DNA from: Vicugna vicugna
Lineage: Eukaryota
Length of the DNA: 64,000 nt
Assembly: GCA_013265495.1 (NCBI GenBank)
Contig: MU060042.1
Coordinates: forward strand, 5,328,258 to 5,392,257
Reading direction: 5' to 3'
This document shows positions 35,031 through 46,460 of the stretch, one piece after another (position 1 is the stretch's first letter; each line of letters begins with the position of its first letter). The notes under the pieces are model-generated. The model did no database searches, had not been told where the DNA came from, and saw only the letters and a program-made list of their open reading frames with translations. The position numbers were made by a program, and so were the translations under genes.

Positions 35031-35611
35031 CATGTATCTGTATTCCTTGGGGAACAAATAAAATCCAAATGTAATTTTTTCTAATTGATATGAGACATTT
35101 CTTTTCCCCTGGACGGAAGGAAAAAAATATTTTAGATTAAAAGAGCACACTGTGCTCCAAGAAAAAAAACGCCCGGAGTGCAGTCCACGGCCACAGCTTA
35201 GGTAGCCAGCAAGGTCGGGGCAAAGCCAGGAGCGCTGCAGCCCCCCCGCTCTGCAAGCCCCCGACCAGGAGGCAGCTGGGGAGCCCGCTCAGACGCCGTA
35301 AGTCCCGGAAGGTGATGCAGCAAAGAGGGAGCGAGCAGCAGTGGTGCCCAGGCCACGATGCTGTTCAGGCACAGACGCACGCTCCCTGGGGAAGAGCCAC
35401 AGGCCGAGACTGTGGCGCAGGGTGGCGTTAGCGGTGCGGCACGGCACGGCAAGGCACGACACGTCCAGCAGCAAGCGCGGAATTCAACTCCGGACTAATT
35501 AAGAGTGGAAGTGGCTGTTAAAGGATGGAGATGATCACTGAATCAGCGTACTGAACGAACCAAGACTAAATGAGAGGCGTGTACACGTACCCAACAAAAT
35601 GTGGGTGGAAT

Positions 35612-36002
35612 TTGCATAATGTAATATAATATAATATAATGTAACACATGTAATGTAATGTAATAAAACACAACATATTGCATAATGCAATATAACACGA
35701 CACAATGCAATGCAATATAATAACAAAACAATGTAACATAATACGTTGCATAATGTAATGTAATATGATGTAATATAATAAGGCATAATGTAATGTAATA
35801 TAATGTAATAATATAATATAATGCAATGTATGTAATATAATGAAACATAATATACTATATTGCATAATGTAATACATGATGCAATGTAATATAACAAAAC
35901 AATGTAATATAATATGCTACATGATGTAATATAATATGAAACAATACACTATAACAAGACGTAATGTAATATAATATAATGTAATAATGCAATATAATAT
36001 AA
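35612..36002. repeat. AT-rich degenerate pentamer repeat (TAATG/TAATA/CAATG)n with higher-order units
   Basis: About 390 bp of TAATG/TAATA/CAATG. TTGCATAATG recurs at 35612, 35678, 35746 and 35860. Confidence 0.95.
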
Positions 36003-36439
36003 CCACCTGAAGTTAGGAGACAGAAGAAAATGGAATGGGAAGTTATATAATAATGCTTCTTTCTTTACTTCTGATAGCAAGGCAACCGTTCTGTATTATT
36101 TTGTTTAACTGTGTTTCATAGTTTGTTTTCTTAATACTTTGCGATCCTCTCTTGTAATAAAAAATTTATTTGAATTTCTACTATATTCTTTACCTCATTT
36201 CCGTTTATTTAAATTCAAATCAATTCAATTCCTGTCACTTATTTTAAAGTGACTGTGGTATTATTTCACTTTCATAAACGTATCACCGTTCATCCTCCTA
36301 TCTATGTAAATCCAAGGGGAGACTTTGGGAGTAATCACTAATGTTTATAAAGGTTGTTCCTGATTGCAGTTTTATGCATTTTATTATACTCGCATGCTGC
36401 TACGCCTCATTTGAATTGTTTATTCCGACATGCGTGCGT

Positions 36440-36600
36440 ACTCGCCATGAAAACAATAGGATGATTTTCTTGAAGAAGCGAGGAGACTGGAAGTAAGTAC
36501 AGAAACATGCAAACGCGGTTCGTTCTGGATGGTGGGGACTGGATGATTGTCGTCTCCTTCTTTCCTATTATTTTATACTTTTGGCGTTATTTCTTCACGT
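36440..36600 (+). mobile_element. Old L1 (L1ME-like) 3' end relic
   Basis: GACTGGAAGTAAGTACAGAAACATGCAAACGCGGTTCGTTCTGGATGGTGGGGACTGGATGATT...TTTATACTTTT resembles GACTGGAAGGAAATACACCAAAATGTTAACAGTGGTTATCTCTGGGTGGTGGGATTATGGGTGATT. Confidence 0.5.
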
Positions 36601-39600
36601 CTTCATGAAAACACTGAAACAAGACGTCCACTGAAGTTTCAGGCCAGCAGAGCCTACACGAGCCCATTAATTGCATGTTAATTGTGCCTCTGGTAGACGT
36701 CACTTGAGCAAACAGCTTCCCAGCGCCCAGCATAGCTGTTAGACAGAGGCCGAAGCCCTCCCTTCACTCCCTGCCCTCTCTGGGTGCGACGGACTCAACT
36801 CACAGAGCAGGACCTCCCGGATGCTAAGAGCAATTCTGATCGTAAACGGAGCTTTTGATGAAGGCTGGCTCATGTCTAAGTGCATTCTTCTGCCCAGACC
36901 TGATTTCCAGCCCAGATGTTTTCATCTCGGGTTCTGACCCATCATTCTACGTTCATCTCACAGAGTTGGTAACACGCTGTGCCAAACCCTGGGTAAATAA
37001 AACGTGGGCTTTGGGCCCACAAGGCTCCACAGGACCCGGGTTCACAGCACAAAGAGGCAAGCGCACAAAGCACACACAACCTCCAGTGGGGCCCTGCCCC
37101 CCTCCCGCTCTGGGACCCCTGAGGGGCACGCAGCCCCGTCAACCCCCAGGCACCCCGGCGGAGTCAGTGCTGCGTCCAGGCTGTGGGGGTCATCAGCTCG
37201 ACGTCTGCCTCTCGTTCTCCACTTGGACTCGGGGTTGTTCTTAAACTCCCGTGTTGGGTTTAGAGCGACCTGCTGCTCCTGCTTCAGAAGCCCCTCTCTG
37301 GTGCTTAGGGCTTGCTAGCACGATTCCCAGGGACCATAGAAAGCCACGCATTTCCACAGCCCTGAGCTGAGGGGCGCCCAGGCCAGACCCCCGGGATGGA
37401 GAGTCTGAGGGTGGCGGTGGGGGATGGTGACTTCTGGGGGCTCTGCAGACTGGACTCCAGCAGCCAAAGTACCACGTGTGCCTGCAGAGAAGGCCGTTGA
37501 GGAGAGCGAATACAAAGGCGAGGGGGGTAGTCCTGGGACCGTCCCAAGAGGACATCCCAGTGGCACTTCCTCTGGGGTGTCCTGCCCCAGACCGCACGGG
37601 CCCCTGGCTCCCTGGCTCGGTGCTCCCAGCACGAGCCCCAGTTCACGGGGACCGCTGCAATTTAAAAGCCCTTAGAACTTCTGTTCCATTTGTCCACAGT
37701 ATACGAGCTGTCTCTACTTTACACATCCCTCAGCCCCCGAACCTGCACAAGGCAGGCGCAGAGTCTGCTCAGCAGACATTTCACTGCCTTGTAGAACGAA
37801 GTCATAATTAATGAGGAATATAATTAACACCTTGTGGGGCTCCTCCGGGAGGCTGCTGTCGAAATGCCGAGTGACTGTAAGCGGGCTCTGGAAAGAAAGA
37901 GGCAAGAACCAGAAGACGGCGTTCTTAACAAGCTTCAGAATTATCTTGTTTTGATCTCGTCTTAGTTTTAAATTACTGACCATTTGATAAACTTTACGTC
38001 AAAGATATCCAATCAGTGCCCAGCCAGCTGGCTGTAAAGGAAGGGCATATTCTGGGAGCAGCAGTGCCTGGAACCTGCTGCCGGCCCTGGGGCTTATGGG
38101 GAGGAGGCGTCACCAGCGCCTGGGACACTGCCAAGAAACGCAGGGCCCCCATCCGGACCCCGGGTCGCCGAGCCAGAACCCTCATTCCAGTCACACGTCC
38201 GGCTGGTCTGTGGGTGTGTTACCGCGGGGCAGCCCTGCCCAGGGCTCTGGCTGGCGGCGGCCACCAGCCCCTGGTGGTGGAGACCCTGTGCTGTTTGCTT
38301 CTCCTCCTCCGCCCCGACGGCGGCTGGCAGTCAGCATCCTCCTGCAGGGACCGCGGGAGGACGTGGCGCTCCAGCTCCCAGCACCAGGCACCTCCCGTCA
38401 CGTCTGTCTCCCTGAGCCTCACCGCCACCCTCCCCGGGGGCTCGGCCCTAAATGCAGGGACACCGCCTGGAGCCGGCCCCCATCAGGCCGCTCTCGGTTG
38501 CTCACAGCCGCATTGTGGTCTCTGTCCGTTGACCGATCTATAACACCAACAGATACTGTTGAGCAAACATATTTGTTTAATAAAAGCTTTCCTTTCGCGT
38601 CTCCATTACATAGATCAACTATAGACGAAGAGTTTTGTCACCACTGTGTGAACCCAGGGAGGAAGTCTGGGGGGACCGTACACCCTTACACGCATGTCTC
38701 TCCCGCGGCCTGGGTTGTCCCTTGGCCTTGCTGCTTGGCCTCAGTGAGTCGTTTTGCACGAGGAGCCCACGAGACAGAACAGGTGAGGCAAGTGCATTTT
38801 ACTGGCTTTAAAACCATTCCAGGTGCGAGAGAGCAAGACTGATACCCAGCTCCATCTCTTGGTCAAGCCTCAGCTGTTCCTTCGTACCAATATCTCGCAT
38901 CCTGCGTGAATTCTAGCGCAAGCAGGGGTGGTCCTTGCTGTGGCTGGTTTTAATTTTAATTAAATTAGAAGCCCAGGTGGCCACCCCCGCTCAGCTGCAG
39001 CACAACAAGCCGCGCCTGGGATTGGGGTGGGGGGGCATGGGGCTGGAGGGGGCTTCCAGGAGGCCTGGGGACACAAGCCAGGAGCGAGCGGCTGTGCGAG
39101 TGGCAGTTTTGACAGTTACACCCTCTGAATGGAGTCAACCAAGTGGGGAGGGCAAAATTCATTTTCCGACAGGGGTGTCAGTGGGATCATCGGTGCCGAA
39201 GACAACAAATCTATAGCCGGGTTAAAACCCGACGGGGTGGAAAGCAAGGGCCGTCGGGGCTGGTCCCTCCCCCGCTGCTGTCCAGAGCCTCATTTCACAG
39301 CAATTACCGTCCCGGCTGGTTCTCCTGGCCATGGGCCTCGCGGTCTTGCTCATTCCCGGGCTCACACAAGAAACCAAACCAACGCCAGGACAGTCAGGGC
39401 TTGTCGGGGAACGGGGAGCGGCAGAAAGGCTTGCTGCCCCCCCGCGGCGCAGAGAGGGCGCCGGCTCGGGGACGGGACCCGCCTGGAGCCGCTCGGGAAG
39501 CCCTGCCTGGCCACTGCTGCCACCCCGGGCGGCCTGCCCTCCCCGAGACACGCAGCATCCCGCGGCTCCCGGCACCTGCGCCCAGCTTCCCGGAGACGGC

Positions 39601-39779
39601 AGGGATCACACAGGCCGAGGCTGCAGCAAGAAGCGAGAGAGAATGAAGACGCTTTAATGCTCCAACTTTCTGCCGCTGTCGCTCACATGGTAACTGCACT
39701 CTGTGGACCCGAGTGACGAGGGTCCCATTTCCAGCACAGCATGGAGTGGGTGATCCCCTCAACTGTAAAATGAAGCCGT

Positions 39780-40150
39780 AAGAGCACAGCGTGAAAATGT
39801 ATTAGCAACAGTTAGCTAAGGGGACCTCAGCAAGGCGCACGCGCTTTCAATTGGTAAAATAATGTCTGCACAAATTGTTTTTGGTACATTAAGTACCTTT
39901 CACAGCCAAAATTAAAAAAGAAAAAAGAAGAAGAAGGGGGAAAAAAAACACAAAATGACACCGAGACGCAGAGCCGTACACACAAAAGGCACAACCAGCC
40001 GGTTCTCCGGCAAAGTAATTTCATGCAGAATTTTTTATTGAAATTGTTTCTCGAGTTGACAGATCTAGCGGACAATGATAAGTGACAAGGTGGCGGGCGG
40101 CCTGTCAGCCGGCGCTGGGGGAAATCTCGCACAGACTCCTTCATAATCAT
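39780..40150. promoter_or_regulatory. Candidate conserved non-coding (enhancer-like) block
   Basis: Non-repeat AT-rich island. TGACAG 40057-62 and CTGTCA 40102-07 (TALE), TTTTATTG 40033-40 (posterior HOX/CDX), ATTGTT and GACAATG (SOX), GATAAG 40077-82. Confidence 0.45.
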
Positions 40151-43100
40151 GAGGACGCGCCCCCTCCAGCACGGGTGTTTTCAGCCCCCGGGCATCGTGG
40201 CCGCGCACAGTGGCCTTAACTAGCGGTGAGGGGAGGCTGGGAGGGCTTCTGGGCGCGCAGGTCCAGCAGACCTTTGCCGGCTGTGACACGCTGCCAAGGA
40301 AACAAGGGTTGTGAAAAACGACCAGACCCTACGCAGCCAAGCCTGTGACGGCCGAGGGGTCGGGTGGCCGGTGTGCCGGAGCTGTGTCAGCGGTTGTTCC
40401 GGAAAACTGTGGAATGGTCACAGACCCCGAGCCCCTTAGGGTCACGAGAATGCCTGTGAACTGCACTGATGGGGGCGCCGCTTTGGAAAGCTGCCCAGGG
40501 CAAAGCGGGGATGGATCACAGTTGGAGAACTTAAACCACAGAAAAATAAGAAGCTAGCGGAGCCCGAAGACAGACGGCCTCCCCCACAGCCCAGCTCACC
40601 CCTGGTCTGGCCTCCCTGGGCTCAGACCAAGTCCTCTCTGCCCCCAACAGCAGGTCTGAGTGGGAAGGTCACTTCCCGGGTGGTGTGTGCACAGCACAGC
40701 CGGGCATCGCCCGAGATGCACACGTCCAGACAGAAACTGTCTTCCATGGCAGATTGCTCCCAAGAAACACCAGTTATGATCAGAATGTGGTTTCCCCAAA
40801 ACTACAGGGTAAAACGAAAGATCGGTCTCTGTAATGAAAAGACCAGGAAGTAACCATGATCAGCTTGAAAGCCCCACGAAGGGTGAGGGGTTCCTGCAGC
40901 GCGGTCCTGCATGTCAGTGAGTGGGAGCCGGCTGTAGACCAGTGACAGTTTCCTTGCTGGAAATCAGGAAACTTGGATTCTGGTCTGTGCTCTGAGGCTA
41001 AACAGGAGGGCAGAACCCGTGGCCTGGTGGTTGGGGGGCTCACATGTCCTCATCAGGAGAACAAGCCGGATGAATAACCATTCAGGTTTATCATCTCCGA
41101 GGCCAACCCCGGCTTTAGAGTTGAGGATACAGGTTGCATCTCCCACAGGCAAAGTGCTCATCAGGATCAAAGCACGCAGACCTGGAGATAACTTTGCTTC
41201 CTATTCGATCATCATTCACTGGGGAGATTTAACAACTTTTTCACTCTCACGTAAAACAACCCTGAGTCCCTCGTGGGCTCCTCGGCTGTGGGCTTCAGAC
41301 GGATGGGCAAGGCTGTGTCTGTCTCGGAAACATAGGTGCTGGGATGGGCTCCCCTTCAAGGACGCCAGCCCGATCCCCTCCCCCAGGGCCAGAAGCTGGG
41401 AGGGGAAGAGCCCCAGGTGCCAGGACAGAGGACTTCACCGAGTCCCCTACGCCTGCCTGAAGGGATGGCCACGTGACCTATGTGTGGCTGGTGACCGTCG
41501 CTGGTGGCAGACTCTGCAGGGAACCACTGCTCTTCCTCCCAGCACAGGAGGAAGGGGCACTGAGGGGCCCGGGAGGGTGGGCCGCTCAGCCAGTGGGACG
41601 CCAAGACCAGAGATCCCCGGGCCCCTGATCGTCCCTCCCGTGAAGCCCGTGTGGCCGGTGTAACCAGCCCAGGAGACTGCACACGGTGTAACGCCTACCA
41701 CTTGCTCACAGAGATAAACTGGCTCGTAGGTGCGCCTGTCTGTCAGAGCTGGCCAGCCGACCAGGCAGGACAGACTGCCAGCAACAACCAAGTAACTCAG
41801 CCTCAGCCCAGGATTACCTAAAATAAGTAAAATGCACTCCTTGCGGCCGTCCCCAGCCAAGTGAGGCCCCAACATGTGTTCACATAAGTGCGATATTCAA
41901 CACGCACCAAAATCTTAGCATGACATGTTTGTGTCTGTAAAGATACCTCTTTTGGCAAACAACAAGAAATGAAGGTCAGTTTGGAAAAAACATGAGATAA
42001 AATGGCAAAGTCGAAAGGAAAACAAGCCCAGGTCCAAAGGGACCCGTCAAACCTGCCCCGTTCCCGAGGACTTGGTCCCCCGACCACACTCCCGGGCTCG
42101 TTCTATTTACATTATGAACCCTTCACTTGTTCTCAAGATGTCATTTTTAGCAGATAAACACGGGGAGCGGGGGGAGCCACCGTTGTTCAGTCTTTGCTAC
42201 ACAGGAGCTCTGAATTATCCACTCCAAAGAGCCTCTTCTAGACAATCTGACACTTTGCCGTTATTAGTTTTAACTATAATTACTGATTTTCAGATCTCAC
42301 CTTGAAAGGAATCTGAAAACAATGGCAAAGGGGCTTGATGTGAGCTGAAGTCCTTTTTAGAAGAGAGATTATTTCTAAAGCTCCAGAGCTGAGTGTGTCA
42401 GTCTTTCAAAGATAACTTTCTTGTTTATAACGTGGCTCTTCCAGGCAGGGTAATTCATCCAAGACCAAACTTTCCTTAAAACTTCTTAAAATGTTACTCT
42501 TAAAAAGACGCTTACACGAGGGCAGTCACGTGGATCCTAACGTGGGAAGCTTCTTGCGTCTTTTTCGTTTGTGCACGAGGAATGCAGAATCTATTGCTCC
42601 CAGGTAGATTGACTTCAGCAAGCGCTGGAGACTCTCAATGTTAAGATAAAATGGGAAACATCTTATAAACACATGGAAAGCCACAGGCTGACGAGCAGCG
42701 TCTTTTAAGCCAAAAGGCACTCAGTTAAACCCACGCCTGTATCGATCGTTTATCCTATAGAAACAGTCTTTGCTCTTAGAAGCCATGCCGCCCGACCAGC
42801 CGTCAGCACCCCGTGCGTCGGCCAGGACCCTCACTTCCACTTACGTGTCGTTACAGACGAGCTGCCTCCGTCCGCCACGCAAGCCCAGTGCATGCTGGGA
42901 AGAGGGGGGACACAAAGAGAATTTTTCAGAAAAGGAGGAAAAAAGGAAAAGAAAAAGAAAGAATCCATTCTGGGCATGTTGCTTCTGCTGAGAATGAGTC
43001 GTTTGCTGTCAGACCTCGGGTTTTACAGTTCCTGAGCGTTTCACGCTCTTTTATAATAAAACCACGGATAAATCACTCTTAAGAAGAGAAAAGACACAGC

Positions 43101-44540
43101 CTAGCTAGGGCAGCATGGACGGACGTCGCCAATACAGCTGTTTCAGGGCATCCGGGCACGAGTTTGTGAGCAGCGGAGTGGGCGTGACGGCACGGTGCGC
43201 ATGTACGTGTCCGGGTGAACACAAATCTGCTTGAAGAGAAGAAGTTTAAATATATCAATAAATTACAGAAATGTTAGCAGAAATGAATGTGCTTCATAAT
43301 GCAAGAAAAAGCAGAAAACACATGGACATCTAAATGGTTAGAATCTATAGTTGCAAATTTTAAATTTTAAATTGTATCATCTATTATAATATAACTACGA
43401 TAGAAATGCACCCTGATTTCTGTCCGTTGTCTGGAATTTAAAACTGTTATGTTTTGTCGAAGCATATTAGCTCATTTTGTAAATGAGCTCACTCTGAGAT
43501 TTAAAATAGGTACAATCGTTTCAAATGCCGTGTTTGCATCTTACGAACAAAACAAAAGCAGTGCCTGCTTCTTTGCAAATCTATAAACGTGCTCTCCTGC
43601 GTGTTTAAAACCTATAAATGCATTTTCTCATTTCATGGAATGTGTTTCTGTGCTCTAACCTTGTTTTTATTTAAAATGAACCACAGCCAGGACCCACTTT
43701 GTATGATAGCCTCCCCAGTGCAGTCACCTTGACATTTCACCGCACCTGTGGTCCATGTGATTCCAAGACATCCGCTCATGACTCCGCCGAAACAGCACAT
43801 CGGTCGGCCACTCAGATGTTTTAAATTCTTTATGGCAACTGACCTAGAGCTGTGGTGTCTGGCGGAAACACACTCATCTGCTCCTTACAAAACCTGTTAC
43901 ACGGCCCAATTCTTTGGTCTGCAAGTTGAGGCTCAACATACGTGTACACAGAGATGCAGCTCACTGATTTTCACTAGAGTTGGAAACCACGGCTTTCTGC
44001 AAGATGAGGGCAGGAAAGAGCCTCCTCCCTCATGTCCTGGGCACCCTGCACCCCCCAGACCGAGAGAGCAGAGACGGGAAGGTTCTAGAAGGTCTAAGCA
44101 GTGCTGCTGCCAACAGGGGGAATTATGACAGGGGTCCCGACTGGCCAAAGGGGGTCCGTTTTCCCTCTTGCACACAGGAAGTCTGGGCCAAAGCAGAGAA
44201 AGCTGTGAGGGCAAAGGCATGGATTTCTAGAAACTTCTTGGTGTCAGAACAATGGTCTAAAAGAGCAACTCAAGTGTTGGCTTCCGAGTTCAACCTCTTC
44301 AGAAGGTGACAGGACTAGACTTGTGTCCCACAGTGCAGGAGAGAGGCCTCGTGACTGTCAGGGTCTCCTAGCATTTATCTCAACACTTCTATAATCCTAG
44401 GAAAATTATTTAATGACTTTAAAACATACTTTTCTTGTAAATATATCACATCTGAATTGTCCAAAATTACGCTGAATATCTTAATATTTGCTGCATTTTT
44501 TCTGTATATATAAAATGTCTTCTTTCAGAATGGGATCTGT

Positions 44541-44695
44541 GCTGGACACCCTGATCCACGCCGGACACTGTGGGCTCATGCCAGGGGCCCTGGATCCACC
44601 CCAGATGTCCCCAGGAGCTACAGGGACACCCTGGGGCCATGCCAGACACCCTGATCCCATGCCAGCCATCCCCAGATACACACCAGATGCCTGGG
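44541..44695. repeat. Degenerate ~20-bp minisatellite
   Basis: GACACCCTGATCC at 44545 and 44645, GACACCCTG at 44625, CATGCCA at 44577, 44638 and 44658. Confidence 0.7.
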
Positions 44696-44797
44696 TGTGG
44701 CTTTCTCTCTGTTAGAAAACATACAGAAGTATGTACATCCTTGGAAAGTCTTTATGAAAGTTACCTCTCAAAAAAAAAGAAAAAAAAACCTTTTCGT

Positions 44798-45060
44798 TTT
44801 ATCCCTCCCTGCCCTTTCCCCTTTGGCAACTGCAAATTAGGTGTTGGGGACTGACAGACACACATTACTGTGCATAAAACAGATGAACAACAAGGCCCTA
44901 CTGTACAGCACAGGGATCTGTATTCAACCTCTTACAGTAGCATATAATGGAAAGGAACCAGAAAAGAAAACATACTTATGTACGTATATGTGTAATTGAA
45001 TCTCTTTGCTGTACACCCGAAACTAACATTGTAAATCAACTACACTTCGACTTTTAAAAA
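44798..45060 (+). mobile_element. 5'-truncated L1 3' end with inverted 5' segment
   Basis: 44798-44833 is antisense L1 (TTTATCCCTCCCTGCCCTTTCCCCTTTGGCAACTGC). 44834-45060 is sense (AAATTAGGTGTTGGGGACTGACAGACACACATTACT...AACAACAAGGCCCTACTGTACAGCACAGGG...GTAAATCAACTACACTTC). Confidence 0.85.
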
Positions 45061-45689
45061 TTCATTTTCAGCTCGCTAGTGTTTCCATTTAAAACGAAAA
45101 TCCACAAACATGGGGCTGCTGTTCCGTCTCCCGTGAACAAGTCCTTTACAGCCTCGGGATGAGACTGGGACGTCCCTGGGCCTCTCTGACCCGAGGCCAG
45201 CCCTTCTCCCTCCCGGCGGGCGTAGCCAGCAGGTGCCCTCCCCAGGCGCTCAGCACCGGCTGGAAGTGAAGGAAAGAAGCCCGAAGGGCCAGGTGGCTGT
45301 TTAACCACAGAGCAAAGCTGGGCCCTAAATGCTGAAAATCAGGAAAGTTGTTCTGTCCCAATTTTTCTGGGCCGGAGTAACTCTCGACTTCAGCTGTCAG
45401 GGTGGGGAGGGGAGCCAAGGGTTTTGACGACGCTTTCACCAACATTGCTGCTTTTGTTCACCTTTCTGTAGGCGGAGGCACAGAGGGTTGGCGAGCAGGC
45501 GCTCGGGGCCAGTGGGCCGTCACCAGGTGGCTCCTGCCGGCCTGCACCGCTGTCCAGCCTCGGTTCCCCGGCCTGACCTGGGAGGGGGCGTGCCTGCCTC
45601 CTGGGACGGCTCTGGGGCCGATGTGCTGGTCCCAGTGGGGTCTGCAGCTCAGCGGCTGCCACTGTCCCTGACCGCACCGTCCAGAAGGC

Positions 45690-46460
45690 ATCACCTTAGA
45701 CCTGGCGTCTCCTGACGGTCCGGCACGTGCTCCCTAAAACGGCCGCACGCTGTCCTCCAGCCTCATCCGCGTGCGGGTCCATCCCGCCCACGACGCCGTT
45801 CCGTCCCGCGACAGCAGAGCGCGCGGGTGCCGTCCAGTCCCCCGGGCCCCAGCCCTCCCCTGGCTCCGCCAGGTGCCCGGCCTCGCCGCGCCCACGAGGC
45901 CCCGCAAGGACGCAGCTCCGACGCGTCCCTCCGGCGGGGGCCCCGGCTGGTGGCGCGGGACCCAGGGCCTCCCCCCGCTCTTCCCCCCGCACGGCTGATG
46001 CCCCCGGCCTCTGTCTCGGGCCTGCGATGCGGTCGCCGGAACATCCACGTCCGCCTCGCGAATCTCGCAGGACCTCCCGGAACGACGCGAGGCCCACGCG
46101 CCTCCGGGCCTTCCTCCCCAGTGCGTGCGCTTCAGGCCAGCTTCGTCCTCTTCCCTGGTAAGCACCCGTCTGCGTCTGCAGAGGGACAATCACCTCAAAG
46201 GGCTGGAAACCACCCACCGTTCCCACTGCCTTCCACCAGCTCGGCCTGTGGCGGGGCGACCGCCGGCGTCCTTGCGAGGGAAACGCCCTGAAGTGCACCT
46301 GCGCGGCCCCGTCCCCGGTGATGCCGCCGGGAGGTCCACGCCCCTTTGCTCGGCGTCCGGGTCCCAGCGCTTCACCGCGGACGCACGTTCACCTTCCGCG
46401 AGACCAGGCAAGTGGAAGGCCTTGCAGTTCTGCTTTGCGCAGGCGTTCCCCATGCGGGTC
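45690..46460. promoter_or_regulatory. CpG-island-like segment with no evident gene start
   Basis: About 770 bp with visually the highest CG density in the window (e.g. GCGCGCGG, CTCGCGAATCTCGC, GACGCGAGG). Confidence 0.6.

Noticed and set aside
35535-35897. Three stacked minus-strand ORFs rich in Y/I/L/C/H that look membrane-like
   Set aside because: They are direct translations of the TAATG/TAATA simple repeat.
44717-44735. AAACATACAGAAGTATGTA resembling both ends of the miR-1 precursor
   Set aside because: Only 8-11-nt matches forming a 6-bp mini-hairpin; the mature miRNA and the ~70-nt stem are absent.
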